Assembly: GCF_964204645.1 (NCBI RefSeq)
Contig: NC_134029.1
Span: forward strand, 3,782,001 to 3,846,000
Length of the DNA: 64,000 nt
Source of the DNA: Tubulanus polymorphus
Lineage: Eukaryota > Animalia > Nemertea
Direction: 5' to 3'
A model generated the notes under the pieces. The model was not told where the DNA came from. It saw only the letters and a list, made by a program, of their open reading frames with translations, and did no database searches. Both the position numbers and the translations under genes were made by a program. This document shows, in pieces, positions 52,193 to 64,000 of this stretch (the stretch's first letter is position 1; every line of letters begins with the position of its first letter).

Positions 52193-54878
52193 GCTGACGG
52201 TGATGTGGAGGTACGACCTCGAGGGAATACGCGCCGCGTCGAGACATCGATATCTACTCAAATGACGCGTAATGTAAATGGGCAGAAAAACTGCACTTTT
52301 AAACTTTTCAATTCATCCGGATTGAACCGACGCTGCGCGCTATGAATGGAAATGTGCGGGCTCTTAATTATCATTCGCGGTTCGCGTTGATGCATTAGTA
52401 GCGACTGAGTAACAACGTCTTACGGTGAATTCGTGAAACGCTTCACTGACAAAAGAATTGATTACAGTTAAAAGATAAAAATGGCAGACCGACCCAACGG
52501 TATATCCCTATACGCTCGTCTGTCAGGCAAAGGTTAATTCGGAGACAGTTGCGACCGATATTAAAGGACGTTCCGAACATCTACGGTGAAAATATCGTTA
52601 CGATTTTTGAACGCGGCCTGAAGCCCCTGGCATTCCGCGTCAGCGTCAATTTGCGTGCGCTTGATTAACCCTACTTATCAAATAGGCGAAAAAGTGCGAC
52701 TCGTGAGTGAAACATTTTCATCTACATAAAACACATCGATGATGTGTGGTTTTAATTCTCTGACAGGATTGATATATGATCATCGGTCAATTTCTTCAAC
52801 CAGCTCTCGGCTGTCGTCCGTGTATGTGTATATGTGCGCGCGCAATTGCTTTTAGATTATCTTGTCATTCGTAGTAATAACCTGACTTATAACCGTATTT
52901 ATGACGTCAAGCATCCTCCACACAGGGCATCGTTTCGCGAACCGATTGATGAGATTTGACATCGAGTGATCCCCGGCTTTAATTGAAGTATCGGATCCAG
53001 TTATATACATATATGCAATATAGAAACCGTAAGAAGTCGACGCGGTCTTACCAGCTTACTTGGCGTCACCTTGAAGTTGTTCCGTAATATTCCGACACTT
53101 TCTTCGCTCCGATGCGGATCCATCAATAATTTTTGCGACGGTCTATTAGAATTATAATGTAATCCCAGTGTTAGTTTCACGAAAAGAGGATTAACTCCGA
53201 AATCGATTTAAGATAAACTAAGTAAATGAAGAAATTAAATTGGTTTTGGAGCTTTTTGTGAAAGTGGACTGTTTAGGGGGTTGTCGTCATTGATGATTGC
53301 TTCATGGATGGGATTGTATTGGATATAACAGGTTGATTGGAACATCCTTGTCCGAGCATCTGCTATATTACATATACAATACTTCATCTCTTTATTTCTG
53401 TTCATTCCGGCTGATGATGTCTGTTGGTCAACAGCCAAAACGCCGTGGTTTCGATTTGATAAATCTTCAAAACTTTGAAATTTCATTATGGGACTTTTAT
53501 CTATATAAAGTTGATGCGTATTAGTCTGCTTTATTCGATTAACATGCGTTCGACCAGTAACCTCACTTTTCCTCCGATACCAGGTCGTTGGCTCTAAGGT
53601 GTTCGGCGATCCTTCCTTATTTCTCGAATAGCATTCCCATGCATTCATTGCCTAAACCCGCAAGAGAGCATCTGGCCGAACGCTATCATTGGCACCTGAT
53701 TCATATGTTGATTTAGCGGTGTCTGTATTTGTTAATCGCGAAGTGACACTCGTCTCTGTAGTGCGAACCAATGAATACCGAACGACAAAGACACAAAAAA
53801 ACGATGTTCTTTGTAAGAAAAAGATACATTACGAAATATGCGCGGGATAGACGTAATAAAACGTATATTAAAAACTGTTCTTGTCGGCAGCGGGTGACAT
53901 CAGTCAACAAAGCGCGACTGAGCGCGGTGTAGTCTTTTGATTGGTCCTTTGTAAACGGCGGAAGGCAATCGCTGAAAATCCATTCGGGTAATTTATAGCC
54001 TAGGCAAACTGAGCGGATTGCCTTGAGTACAGGAAACAGCCGACCTATTATCGAAAGCTGATAGTCTATTATGGCTGTGAATATAAACCATTCATCTGTG
54101 AATTCGAGATATTCATGCGGCGAAGGATACAGACACATCCGCAATCGGGGTGAGGTTTAAGACTCAAGTATGCCTGACCCCGCGAGAACTTATCAAATCG
54201 GGGCAGCATTTCTCTTCGCCCACGGTTCTGTATTTCGATCAACCCCGAAAACCCATTGACAGATTGCAGTCGCTATCGTCTTGAGAACTTTGCCATTGTC
54301 TGAAGCGTCGTGGTTGTAGGATATTAAAATGGTGGCTAATCGATTGCCTCAGATGAAATAAAGTTCACTTCGTACCGGTGGATTTTCTCAGCCGAAGTTC
54401 TCAGACCGCTGTAGTGTCTGATGTAAACACGACGCGGAATAATCTTACTCGCTGAAGCAGCTGCTGGTGCTGGTGCTGGTGCTGCGTTTGCCTTCTCTTT
54501 TTGATATGCCAAACGTCAGCCACCTTGAATTTCGCCTACACGCCAAACGTGAGCTTATGAGCAAACATTGAGTCTGTGAGCAAAGTACAACATCTCTCAT
54601 GTTTCGTAATTTTGTTTTCGTTAAGTTCGCATCGTGTTCTTAAATATTGATCATCTTACCGACGCTGCGTGCTGACTGAGTAATAATTGTTAATCGCGTC
54701 GGTGACCAGCTTCAAACCGTAAACAAACCACTCGATATCTCAAAAATAACGTTTCTCGAAGCGCCATCCTTGTGAAAAGGGAATTACGTTATCAAAGGAT
54801 GTTCTAGTAGAATATGCAATTATTGATGCGAGTTGGAGCATTTAAATGATTGCGTATATTTCTGTAAATATATACCTG

Positions 54879-54953
54879 GACCCGCAGTTCCACAGCTATG
54901 AATTCGAGTTAAATATTTCATAAAAATGAATCAATTTTCAATGGTTTAACTCA
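54879..54953. mobile_element. Truncated MITE relic related to the CWG-flanked family
   Basis: ctg followed by gacccgcagttccacag (a variant of gggccagttgcacag), plus an internal inverted repeat gagttaaa...tttaactc. The right TIR is missing. Confidence 0.45.
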
Positions 54954-55384
54954 GGAGGCAAATCTCAATCCTATTAGCCGCTGTGCTTCTTGTTATGAAA
55001 TATGTGGCAGTGATTTTTACGAGGCAGTCCCGTTTCGTGTTGTTTTTTTTGTGTAATCCGTTCCGAACACTGCGGTTTACTCCTAATCGGATTTTACGCG
55101 TTTTTAGTCCGCTGTACGTGTTATCTTGAGAGAAACGTCCCGATTCGTGCCGCCAGACACCAATCAAGCGCTGTTTTCGCCATCGATGTCCTCGTGGGGA
55201 CAATTCACGATGACGCCTCCGCGTAGTAAATCCGTAGTTTGGGCTACCCTTGATGAGATGACATTTGTACAAAAAATGGTTTACGACCCGATCTTGTCGC
55301 TTGGGGATTTATCAGTTAATGTGATGTAGTATTTTCCTATTGCCAGCAGATGTCGTCGGTCGCATTTTAACGTACGTAATGCTA

Positions 55385-55470
55385 AACTAATCAGGTTCGA
55401 TCCCCTGACAAGGGAGGATGTTTTATCCTATAAAAGGGAATCGTCCCTCTTAGATATTTGATTTGATTTG
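55385..55470 (+). mobile_element. Possible SINE relic (Pol III B box plus short-repeat tail)
   Basis: ggttcgatccc at 55394-55404 within a tcagg/cctga stem; (atttg)3 tail at 55456-55470. Confidence 0.3.
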
Positions 55471-58400
55471 TAAGTTTGATTATATTTTATTTGGTGTCCC
55501 TTACCACGCGACACCCGTCCCCGGGAGGAGCGCGAAACGGGAGGTATTATTTTGAAATCGGAAATCGGTTGGTTGATCGGTCGAATTTACAGAATTTTTG
55601 TTTAAATCGAAGTTGCGGGAGTAATGAAAACTGGCCAAGCTTTTCACATCGAAGTTGTAGGCCGATTTTGTTTCTAATACATGTCTTTATTGTAGAAAAA
55701 TAGAAATACAACATAGAATTGACAAATTTCCCACTTAGGCCTCGAAACACATTATGAGTGAGCTCTATTACAAAAGACGGCGTATAGATAGTTTTCTGCA
55801 ATAATTGATTGTAATATACGTAAACGAAGGAAATAATGAAAAAAATGGAATGAGATGAAATGGAAAGATCTATAGAGGCAGATACAGTTCAAAATGAAGT
55901 TGGAAGCGCTTTTAAGAATCGAACAATTTTCACGATACATTGTGATCACCGTATAATAGAAATCGACATTTACTTTGTTCAGTTTTACCTTGAAATAAAT
56001 GTAATACGTTTAGGGCTGCGAGCTGGTTGGAGAGTTGGCGGATATTTTCAGCATGTTGGGCCGATTAAGCATGAAAATATCCAGTGATCTGCTCAACCTT
56101 GTCGATTTGTGTTCGGCGTCTGTTAGACGAAAATTTCAGGGAGTACTGATATAAAACGGTTATTAAACAACAGCGCGGTTGTGATAGCGTTCGTGTCTTT
56201 TGAACGAAGATAATCGGCAGTAAAGATAAATTCATCAGTAAGGACGCGTGATAGTTCGCTGTATCACAATAACGTGCTGTACCGAGAGACCACCTACAGC
56301 AAATACCTGTGCGCGTGTCATGCGACGAATTTCAAATGGCCCTTAATATGTTTGTTTATGCTAAAAAGTTGATCCCTTATGCGCCATTCCGGTCGGTTTG
56401 TAGCCGAAACGATTCTGCGGTAATGGAAATCCTCGGCGGATATTATGACTATTTCGTTCGAGGTTGAACCCGTTTAATTGCCGATAAGCGCTGCCGCTAT
56501 CGTCACCACCCACTCGTTTAGTTTTGATTGATGATTAATGAACGTTATTTAACGATATAAAACGAGAAATGAAATCCGCGCGTATTAATTTCTCAAAGTT
56601 TCGCAATAAGTTCGTTATAGATTTGAAATACACATTAACGACGTTTCGGGTATTCGGAGAATTTATGGATGTCGATTATGGGTATCAACAGTATTTCGCA
56701 TCGATGTCGTCTTTATATTTAATTTATTTAAAACATAGTCTATCGAGGCGTCAAAAGCAATACTTAAACGTGCTTGGCATAGCGGAAAAACTAATTGCTT
56801 GTGCTCCATTACCAAGTGAGTAGCAATCAGTAACTATTATGAAATAAGAGACCCACTTGTCTATGAAGAGATCATCATCGCTTCTAGTGAATGAGAGTCG
56901 ATGAGAATTAGAAAGAACGTCAGCAATCGTGTGAAGGGGTGTGGCTGGAAAAACTACCGCTGAAATTGTTGTGTTCTGTTTTTTTTTCTCGATATTCTGA
57001 AAGTTCATAAATCATTCCTGTAAGATTTTAGTCATGGCACGGTTATCCTGAATTCAAGCACGAAGCTTTAGCACGGGAGAAAGTCTCGCGAACTTGGCCC
57101 AGTTTTTGTAGTCGGGGTCACGGTCAATATTCATTTGACAGTTTTCTGGTGGAACCTACGTATTTGCTGTCAAACCACCGCTACATCAAATAAACATTCG
57201 TACTAACGTGCAGCATGTGACATTTCTTTTCTGATTGCTCGATCAAAGAGTGGTTTGTTTCTCGCGAGAAGTAACGTCGCCGATGCATAATTAAATATCG
57301 TCGGTGACCGATGCGACGAATCCGATTCGTTATCCGCCATTTCGATGGACACCGATGAAAATTCGACCTCTATTCGTGTGTGTGTGTGTGTGGACCCCGC
57401 TGGAGCCGACGGCATTTTACCCACGTACACCGAGTCATCTTCTGGACTAATTTATTTGTACGGTAAACACGCCGCAGTTCGCGGTTCACGCGGCAGATCT
57501 TCGTCCATCCGTAAAACACAACACAAGTGAATCGCTGTTAGGCCGCCGCCGGGCACACTCACACACACACAGAGCGCCGGCTGCCGTGTCTCGGAAACCA
57601 CTGATCGCGACGACCATCAAGAGAAGTGCTTCGTGATTTTAAAAAACCCTCTATCGACCGGCACATTATATTATGCGCAAAAACAATCGCCTTTCGCGCC
57701 GTATTGACCAGAACAGCGAAAAACAGTTGATCTGATGGTACATAAGATCGATCTTTGAGCAATCATTTCGACTAACAGTCACCCATGTTCCCCATGATGG
57801 TGACACTGGAGAAATCATTCCGTCCGGAAAAATCTACCAACTGTATCAGTAGTGATCGCCAAAAACAAATAGGAACGTTATGTTTCCGATAGAACTGTCG
57901 TCCGTCGAGGGAGAAACTATAGCGGCAAGTTACAATTCTGATTTATCAATCACTACTCATCGATCTCAAACCGATAGATTATAAATTTGATGCTCGTTAA
58001 GCCGAAATACCAGCGACTACGGAGCTGCTTCAGACACCTCGCCGTAACTGAGTTTCATAGGGTTGATATATTTGACTCGTTGACTCTGAGGTCGATTGAT
58101 TGAATATTTACTGATTGTGTTTAGAATCGAATTCAACCCGTATTCGATGAACCTGTTTCGATGTTCTAATCGTAATGACATTTCCGAAATGCGAAATTAG
58201 AAATAATATTTACGTTGTTGTTGAGAATTTGTGTGTTTTTGTCAAAATGACAATGATGAACGAGTTTCATTTCAAGGTTTTACAAATAATTGTACTGATT
58301 TCGAAATTGGTCATTTTCGATAGGTTTCATAACACATATAACATGCAATGCCAACTTTAATTGCAGATTTTGACGGTTTCGATAACCTTCGTTTTTCCAT

Positions 58401-61400
58401 ATATTTACACTAATGATTCATTTTAGATTTTAAGCTTTGGTATTGTATCGGTTTTTTCCGCTGTTATAGTTGATTGATAGTCGAGCGGTTTACCGCCTGA
58501 GTATTAGCTTCATTATTTATTCACGCTCCTGCATTCTTCCGCCGAGTTCGGTCTTTTTTTTATCAGTCTCTTTTTTGCAGATCGCGCGGACTCCAGCAGT
58601 GCGTGCCGCATGCGACGTATAAACGTCACTTGACGTTATTTGTGCTGTTGATCTCGTATGTTTAGATCAACGAATCGCTTTTCGGGTTCGTCGTCGCCGC
58701 CGCGCTGTAGTGACGATGTTTTCTCTATGTTCGCCATCCATTTCATTAACAGCAGCGCGTGATTGATTTCTTGCGATGGCGAGTGTTCATAATTATTTCA
58801 GCTTCCGTCAGAACATGTTGAAGGAGTCAAAGAATACGCAGTAAATCCATTGTAGACGAACCAGAGCTAATTACTTAGTTTCGGTGCCTTTTGGATCTCG
58901 GCCAGTCTTGACTTCTTGACAAAAACGTCTGGAAATAAAGGTCGAGGTCAAATCTCGGTTGTTGGTGATTTTGGTCAGACAGTGAAGAATCTGATCTGGA
59001 ATTATTCGGTTATATATTGGTATGATGATATATATATCGGGCATTGGTAACTTTTTTAACCGAGAATTTGACCTCGATATTTTAGTTGTCGCATCGATTT
59101 CAACACGGCGCGTGTGACTGACGCCTGTCAGTCTGGAGACTGTGCCGCGACAATTTCCGCAACGTTCAAACTTGTCATGAGAGACCTATATAAGTGACGA
59201 AATGTCATCGAATTCATGAATCTAGACACGCATCTCAATACTGCACGTCGACTTTTTTTTTTTTTCATTCAGATTGTCGTATGCTGGATATCTATGGCTT
59301 TCTTCATTTTGAGCAATTATACACATGGGACGTGTTTTTGCTTATCTTTTCATCATTATTTCCAAAAAGAGAGCATTTTCGTTCTGTTTGTCAGATTCTC
59401 ATTCCCGTAACGATCGCTCTCTTGAAAGCCTGTTTTTATCGATATGTTACAATATCACTGATGTCTTTTGATAGAATCGTAATTATAAAGTTTTTGATCA
59501 TTAATCTCGATTTCGTAATGATGATCAATGTTTCACGCGAGTATGTACGTCTATTTTGTGACAGCTGCGTGGGAAGTTGGCGAGTTTGTTCGCGACAAAC
59601 AAAAAGTTCATACATATTCAAAGGACTGCGACATTTACGTAAGAGAATAACATTTGCTACGAGCTGATGATCATCTTTATCATGGAAGAAACATGAAATG
59701 TAAAAATTTGTTTGAAGCGCAGTCGATAGCTGGGACTCATAGAATCATAACACGCTGGCAGACAATGAGGTATTTCCTGAAACTGAATCTGATTCTGACA
59801 AATTTAACACTCCACCTCGAACACTTGTAGTTCAGTCAATCAGTCAATCTAGTAGTCCCTTCCTTTCAGTCAGTCTGTTCATGGCCGGGCCTTTTCCAAC
59901 AGTGCCAACAATTATGGACCATCTTCCAGTCTGCCGGCAAGTAATCCCATCCATTGATGAATTCAGGAAGCGTCAGCAATGTTTCCTTTTTTAAGAAACA
60001 GTTCATCGGCTATGATGCCTTCTGGATTTAACGCTATATAAAAACCAGAATCATCATTAAACATCCGTTTTGGTGAGTTTTGGAAGAATTTGCGTAATTA
60101 CCAGCGAGGTGAAAATATTTACTAAAACTTTGAAAACGATGTAGATCTATAATAATAATGACGTATCTGGTGCAAGATCCGCTCATTGATTCTGACGGCA
60201 ATATCTGACCTTTAACTTGTCCTCGAAAATCGCCGCCGTTGCCGTTAGGCGCGAGAAAATCTAGTTTCCTGATAAATCATTATGTGAACGCTGTAGGTCA
60301 CTCCCGGTCAAAAAGGTCTCTTTCCCATTAGGTATTGTCACTTTTATTTAGATATCTAGGTTGGTCTCTTCTAAAAACATTTACGAACTTGTTGCGAGTT
60401 GACGTTTATCAAATTATGAACATCTCATCTACGTAAAAAATTGTATTGGAAATTTAAGAATTAGTAACGACCTTTTCGCCCGCACACTTTTCGGCGTCTT
60501 TCATCGTTTTGGTGGGGCAACCTGAACCGGCGTATCAAAGGTAAAAGCTATTATCATATTGACGCAGTAATAAAGACGATGCTTGATTAGTCGTTATTCG
60601 TGGTCGGTTATTATACGTACGGTGTTAGTTTACGGTTTCAAATTAGGCGACAGATGAAGATGAAGTCACACTGTTGAACGGGACACGCTAAAGGTCATCA
60701 CAACACGTCTACTCGTAATCAGCCAATTTAGGCAGTTGACACTCCCCTAGAACGTGCGCTAAATAGTTATCAAGTTCTTCCCAGATTTCAGAATAGATCT
60801 AGTAACGATCATGGGTGGTATTATGACCAGCGAGCTCCTTAAGCAAAAATGTATATCCTGTAATGGAATATTTAGCCGTTTTAGCCTTTCCTAAAATAGC
60901 AGGGGCCTGGGGTTGAGTTAATACAGATTTAGACGGTGCTAGAAGTCATGCGTTTGCGTGACCCGCTGCTGAAGACGACATGAAACCCCGTGTTGTGAGT
61001 GGATGAGAGCGGCGCGTTGATTGCGGATTGATTAACCGGTAAGGAAGTCAATTAGCGAGTTGTTATGTAATTAGCCTAAGAGATTTACAGGAGCCGCGGG
61101 CGGAAATTGACCCCATTCACGAGGTTACAGTAAATAAGCGTGAATCGGTGTCGGTCGCCAGTGAGCGATTGCGTGGTGTAAAGCAACAACATTACCGCTT
61201 TTCAAAAAACCCGAAGTCACGTTGTAATTTATAGCGCGTCAAAGCCCTAATTTCAATGAAATATCGGTATGTTGATAATCACGAGTGAATGGAATGAATG
61301 AATTTTAATTATCAATAGATATTGATCTTGGAATATGGATTGACCCTCTTATTCTTTTGATCGGTAGACTAAAATGTACCACACCTGCTGGCAGAGAAAC

Positions 61401-61801
61401 AGGTGGTTTGATTTTGCAATCGGAAATCGAAGGAAAGAATATAAAGTTGCTCGATCGGTGGTCGAATTTTCAACGTTTAAATCGTACAAAAGTACACAAT
61501 TGGAAATTTTGGTTCGGATTCATTGAAAATATCTTCCGAGCAGTCTGAACCGGCAAGCGGCTGATTGGGGTTAATTTTGTTGGATGTCTATTCTAATACA
61601 TCGAGATTTTGGAAATAACTATACTGAAGGTTGAAGATCATTTTGTCCATTTTTATATTTTTCTCAGTAGGCCTACATAATTGATGTATAGGCCTCAACA
61701 TGATGTAATTCACGAGTCTTCACAACCATTTTTTAAATTTTATCGCGATATTAGTTACACCTCGATGATGTCCCATCGTCCATCGTGTGTGCAGCTGACG
61801 C

Positions 61802-61925
<124 letters not shown>

Positions 61926-64000
61926 ACTATATATATTTCCACTATCTAAAATAAATACTTCAAATATAAGCTACGGTAATAATTTCGCTCCATTGATTAT
62001 CACTTCGGATCACTTTGCATCTGGTTCATGAGGTTGATTTGCTGCAGATAATTAGTTTTTTTCCAATATATCGTCCTTTCATTTTTTAGTTATAAGTGTA
62101 ACCGAAGAACAGCTGGTTAAAATGGAGTAACAAAAAGCTATTCTTTCAAAAAATTCAGAATTCAGAGTTTTAGTTCAATTGTGTCTATGTCCCAGTTCCG
62201 TATTTCTGAATTTGATTTGACTAAAGGCTCAAAATGTTGAGAATAAGCTGATTTCACCTCGAAGCGAATTATCTCTCTCCCATAACAGCAGAATCGGTGT
62301 CATAGAATCAGATGCCTCCGATGTCAGACGCTAACCCAACAATAGATTAACGGATAAAGTGGAGAGTCATAATAGGGCTGCTGACCCTAACCCTAACCCT
62401 TTATCCTGAGATCTTGTGTAAGAGGGTATGGATTAAAGGGGAAGCATTTCATTCAACACCGGGTTCTTGGTTTTAGCGATAACATCACCCGCACAATGTT
62501 CACGCAAAGCTCGGTCCATCGCGAGAAATTTATGTGGCAATTGCAAGAATGCGGTTGCTGTCATAAACCAGGTTGTATACAAGGTCACGTGGCGGCGGTG
62601 TCATGATAAATCTTCACCGCGATGAAGATTCCTATCGATATAAACAGTTGTTATTGACCACTTTATTATGTTTTTCTTTTCCGAGAGAAAAACTACGGAA
62701 GCTTAGCAAGACCAGTATATACACCTGCCAGCACTCGACATCGATCATCCATTATTTGCAGTTATGAAAGAGATGAGTGTATTCGTGGTCATATTTCATA
62801 TAAAAAAGAGTCCAGTCACTGAATTATTCATTTGACCAGGTGTTGTTTCCCCGCTTAATCGAGTAGTCTCGGCTGGTTTTCCTCAGTTGATTGCAAAGGT
62901 ATAATATAAGTCTTCTATATAAACTCCGGGCAAGTATTCCTAAAGAGGACTTTTAGGGTGCAGTCGAGTCGTCGAATTGAATACCAACTGAAGCAACTTT
63001 TCGTAGTCGTTTTTTCTTATTGTGGGATTTCATTTTCAGCACGAATGAACAGTGTGTGGATCAAGATTATCATTGAAAAGGTCTCCTCTCACCTGGATTT
63101 GACGGGTGGTGATAGATAAATTCGAATGATTTGACTGCGGGAGTTTTAGATCTATCTCTATTCGACTGCATTGTACTAATCGGCCTTACCGCAATGGGGT
63201 ACCCGCAGCTATCCCGTCCGATGGCGTGATGAGCAGTAGGTCGTCCGTTGTCATAATTTTGAACTGGATTTCTAGACTCCAATCCATATATTATCAAAGC
63301 AACCACCAAATATACAATACTTACATTCTTCTACTCGGATATCGGTATTGTTTTCTTAAATAATTGATTCATTTAAGAGAAAATTGTATTTAGATTTAAT
63401 TGAAATGTAAAAGAAACCGAACGCGGCGGACGACCAACTTCCTACTATCAAGCCTGGTTGAACCATACGTGGAATCCTCGATTGCCACAGTAGCGCTGCG
63501 GGTACCCCATTAATCGGTTTGAAGGTCGAGTTGTTTCGCGAATATTCGGCGAGTAGTTTATCGAACAACACGTGTCCGGAACCGGAAATGCGTCATCCAA
63601 GGTAACTTCCCGCGGCTCCAGATGGCTTAGTGATGAATTTGGCGAAATCATAGCTAATGTTTGGTATGTTTCTGACAATAACTGCATTCCTGGAGAGCAA
63701 GTTGTCGGTGTTTCGGGGAGCATTTTTATTACCGCACGGCAATAAAACATGGCGTTTGATGCGGAATTTGTTGACACTGGAAGCCAGTTACCGGCGCTCT
63801 ACAGAGCAACCTCAAACAAACGTGAATTTAAATAAATGTCATCCGGAAACAGATCTTCCCTCAATAATAAGTTTAAAACCCGGCGCTGTATGAAAAATTA
63901 AACGATTAAAAAACGAAATTCATTTATCAAGAATAAAAATCAAAAATTGAAAGACATTTCGGTCTCTCTCTCCCGTTCGGTCTTGAGAGAGTCCGAAACA

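Noticed and set aside
33543-58506. Partial matches to conserved miRNAs (bantam-like 33543, miR-133-like ~52795, miR-87-like 54577, miR-12-like 58498)
   Set aside because: Only 8-11 nt match, the remainder diverges and there is no precursor hairpin; expected by chance.
62385-62400. Interstitial telomeric repeat (CCCTAA)
   Set aside because: Fewer than three units; too short to interpret.

Overview
Eukaryotic, intron-containing, AT-rich animal DNA; it looks like a lophotrochozoan-type invertebrate, but that is inference only. Two protein-coding genes are well supported. The first is a B-type mitotic cyclin on the + strand (8 visible coding exons, 122-2265, all introns phase 0, first exon upstream of the window) with a 3' UTR carrying Pumilio/CPE-type motifs. 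The second is an intronless FMRFamide-receptor-like class A GPCR on the - strand (10240-11778). Between them lies a CpG-depleted, promoter-headed segment (about 3.5-5.8 kb) that may be an unannotated gene or lncRNA. The remaining ~50 kb has no credible intact CDS. It holds micro/minisatellites, CWG-flanked Harbinger-like MITEs, LINE 3' relics, tRNA-derived SINE-like relics and candidate untranslated upstream exons of the GPCR. The most striking oddities are a 38-bp hairpin insert with an 8-bp target duplication inside a tRNA T-arm (43801-43854), locally duplicated splice sites, and CAG/CGG triplet tracts in putative GPCR leader exons. I found no evidence of a prokaryote-type system (CRISPR, operon), and nothing here proves a new biological system.
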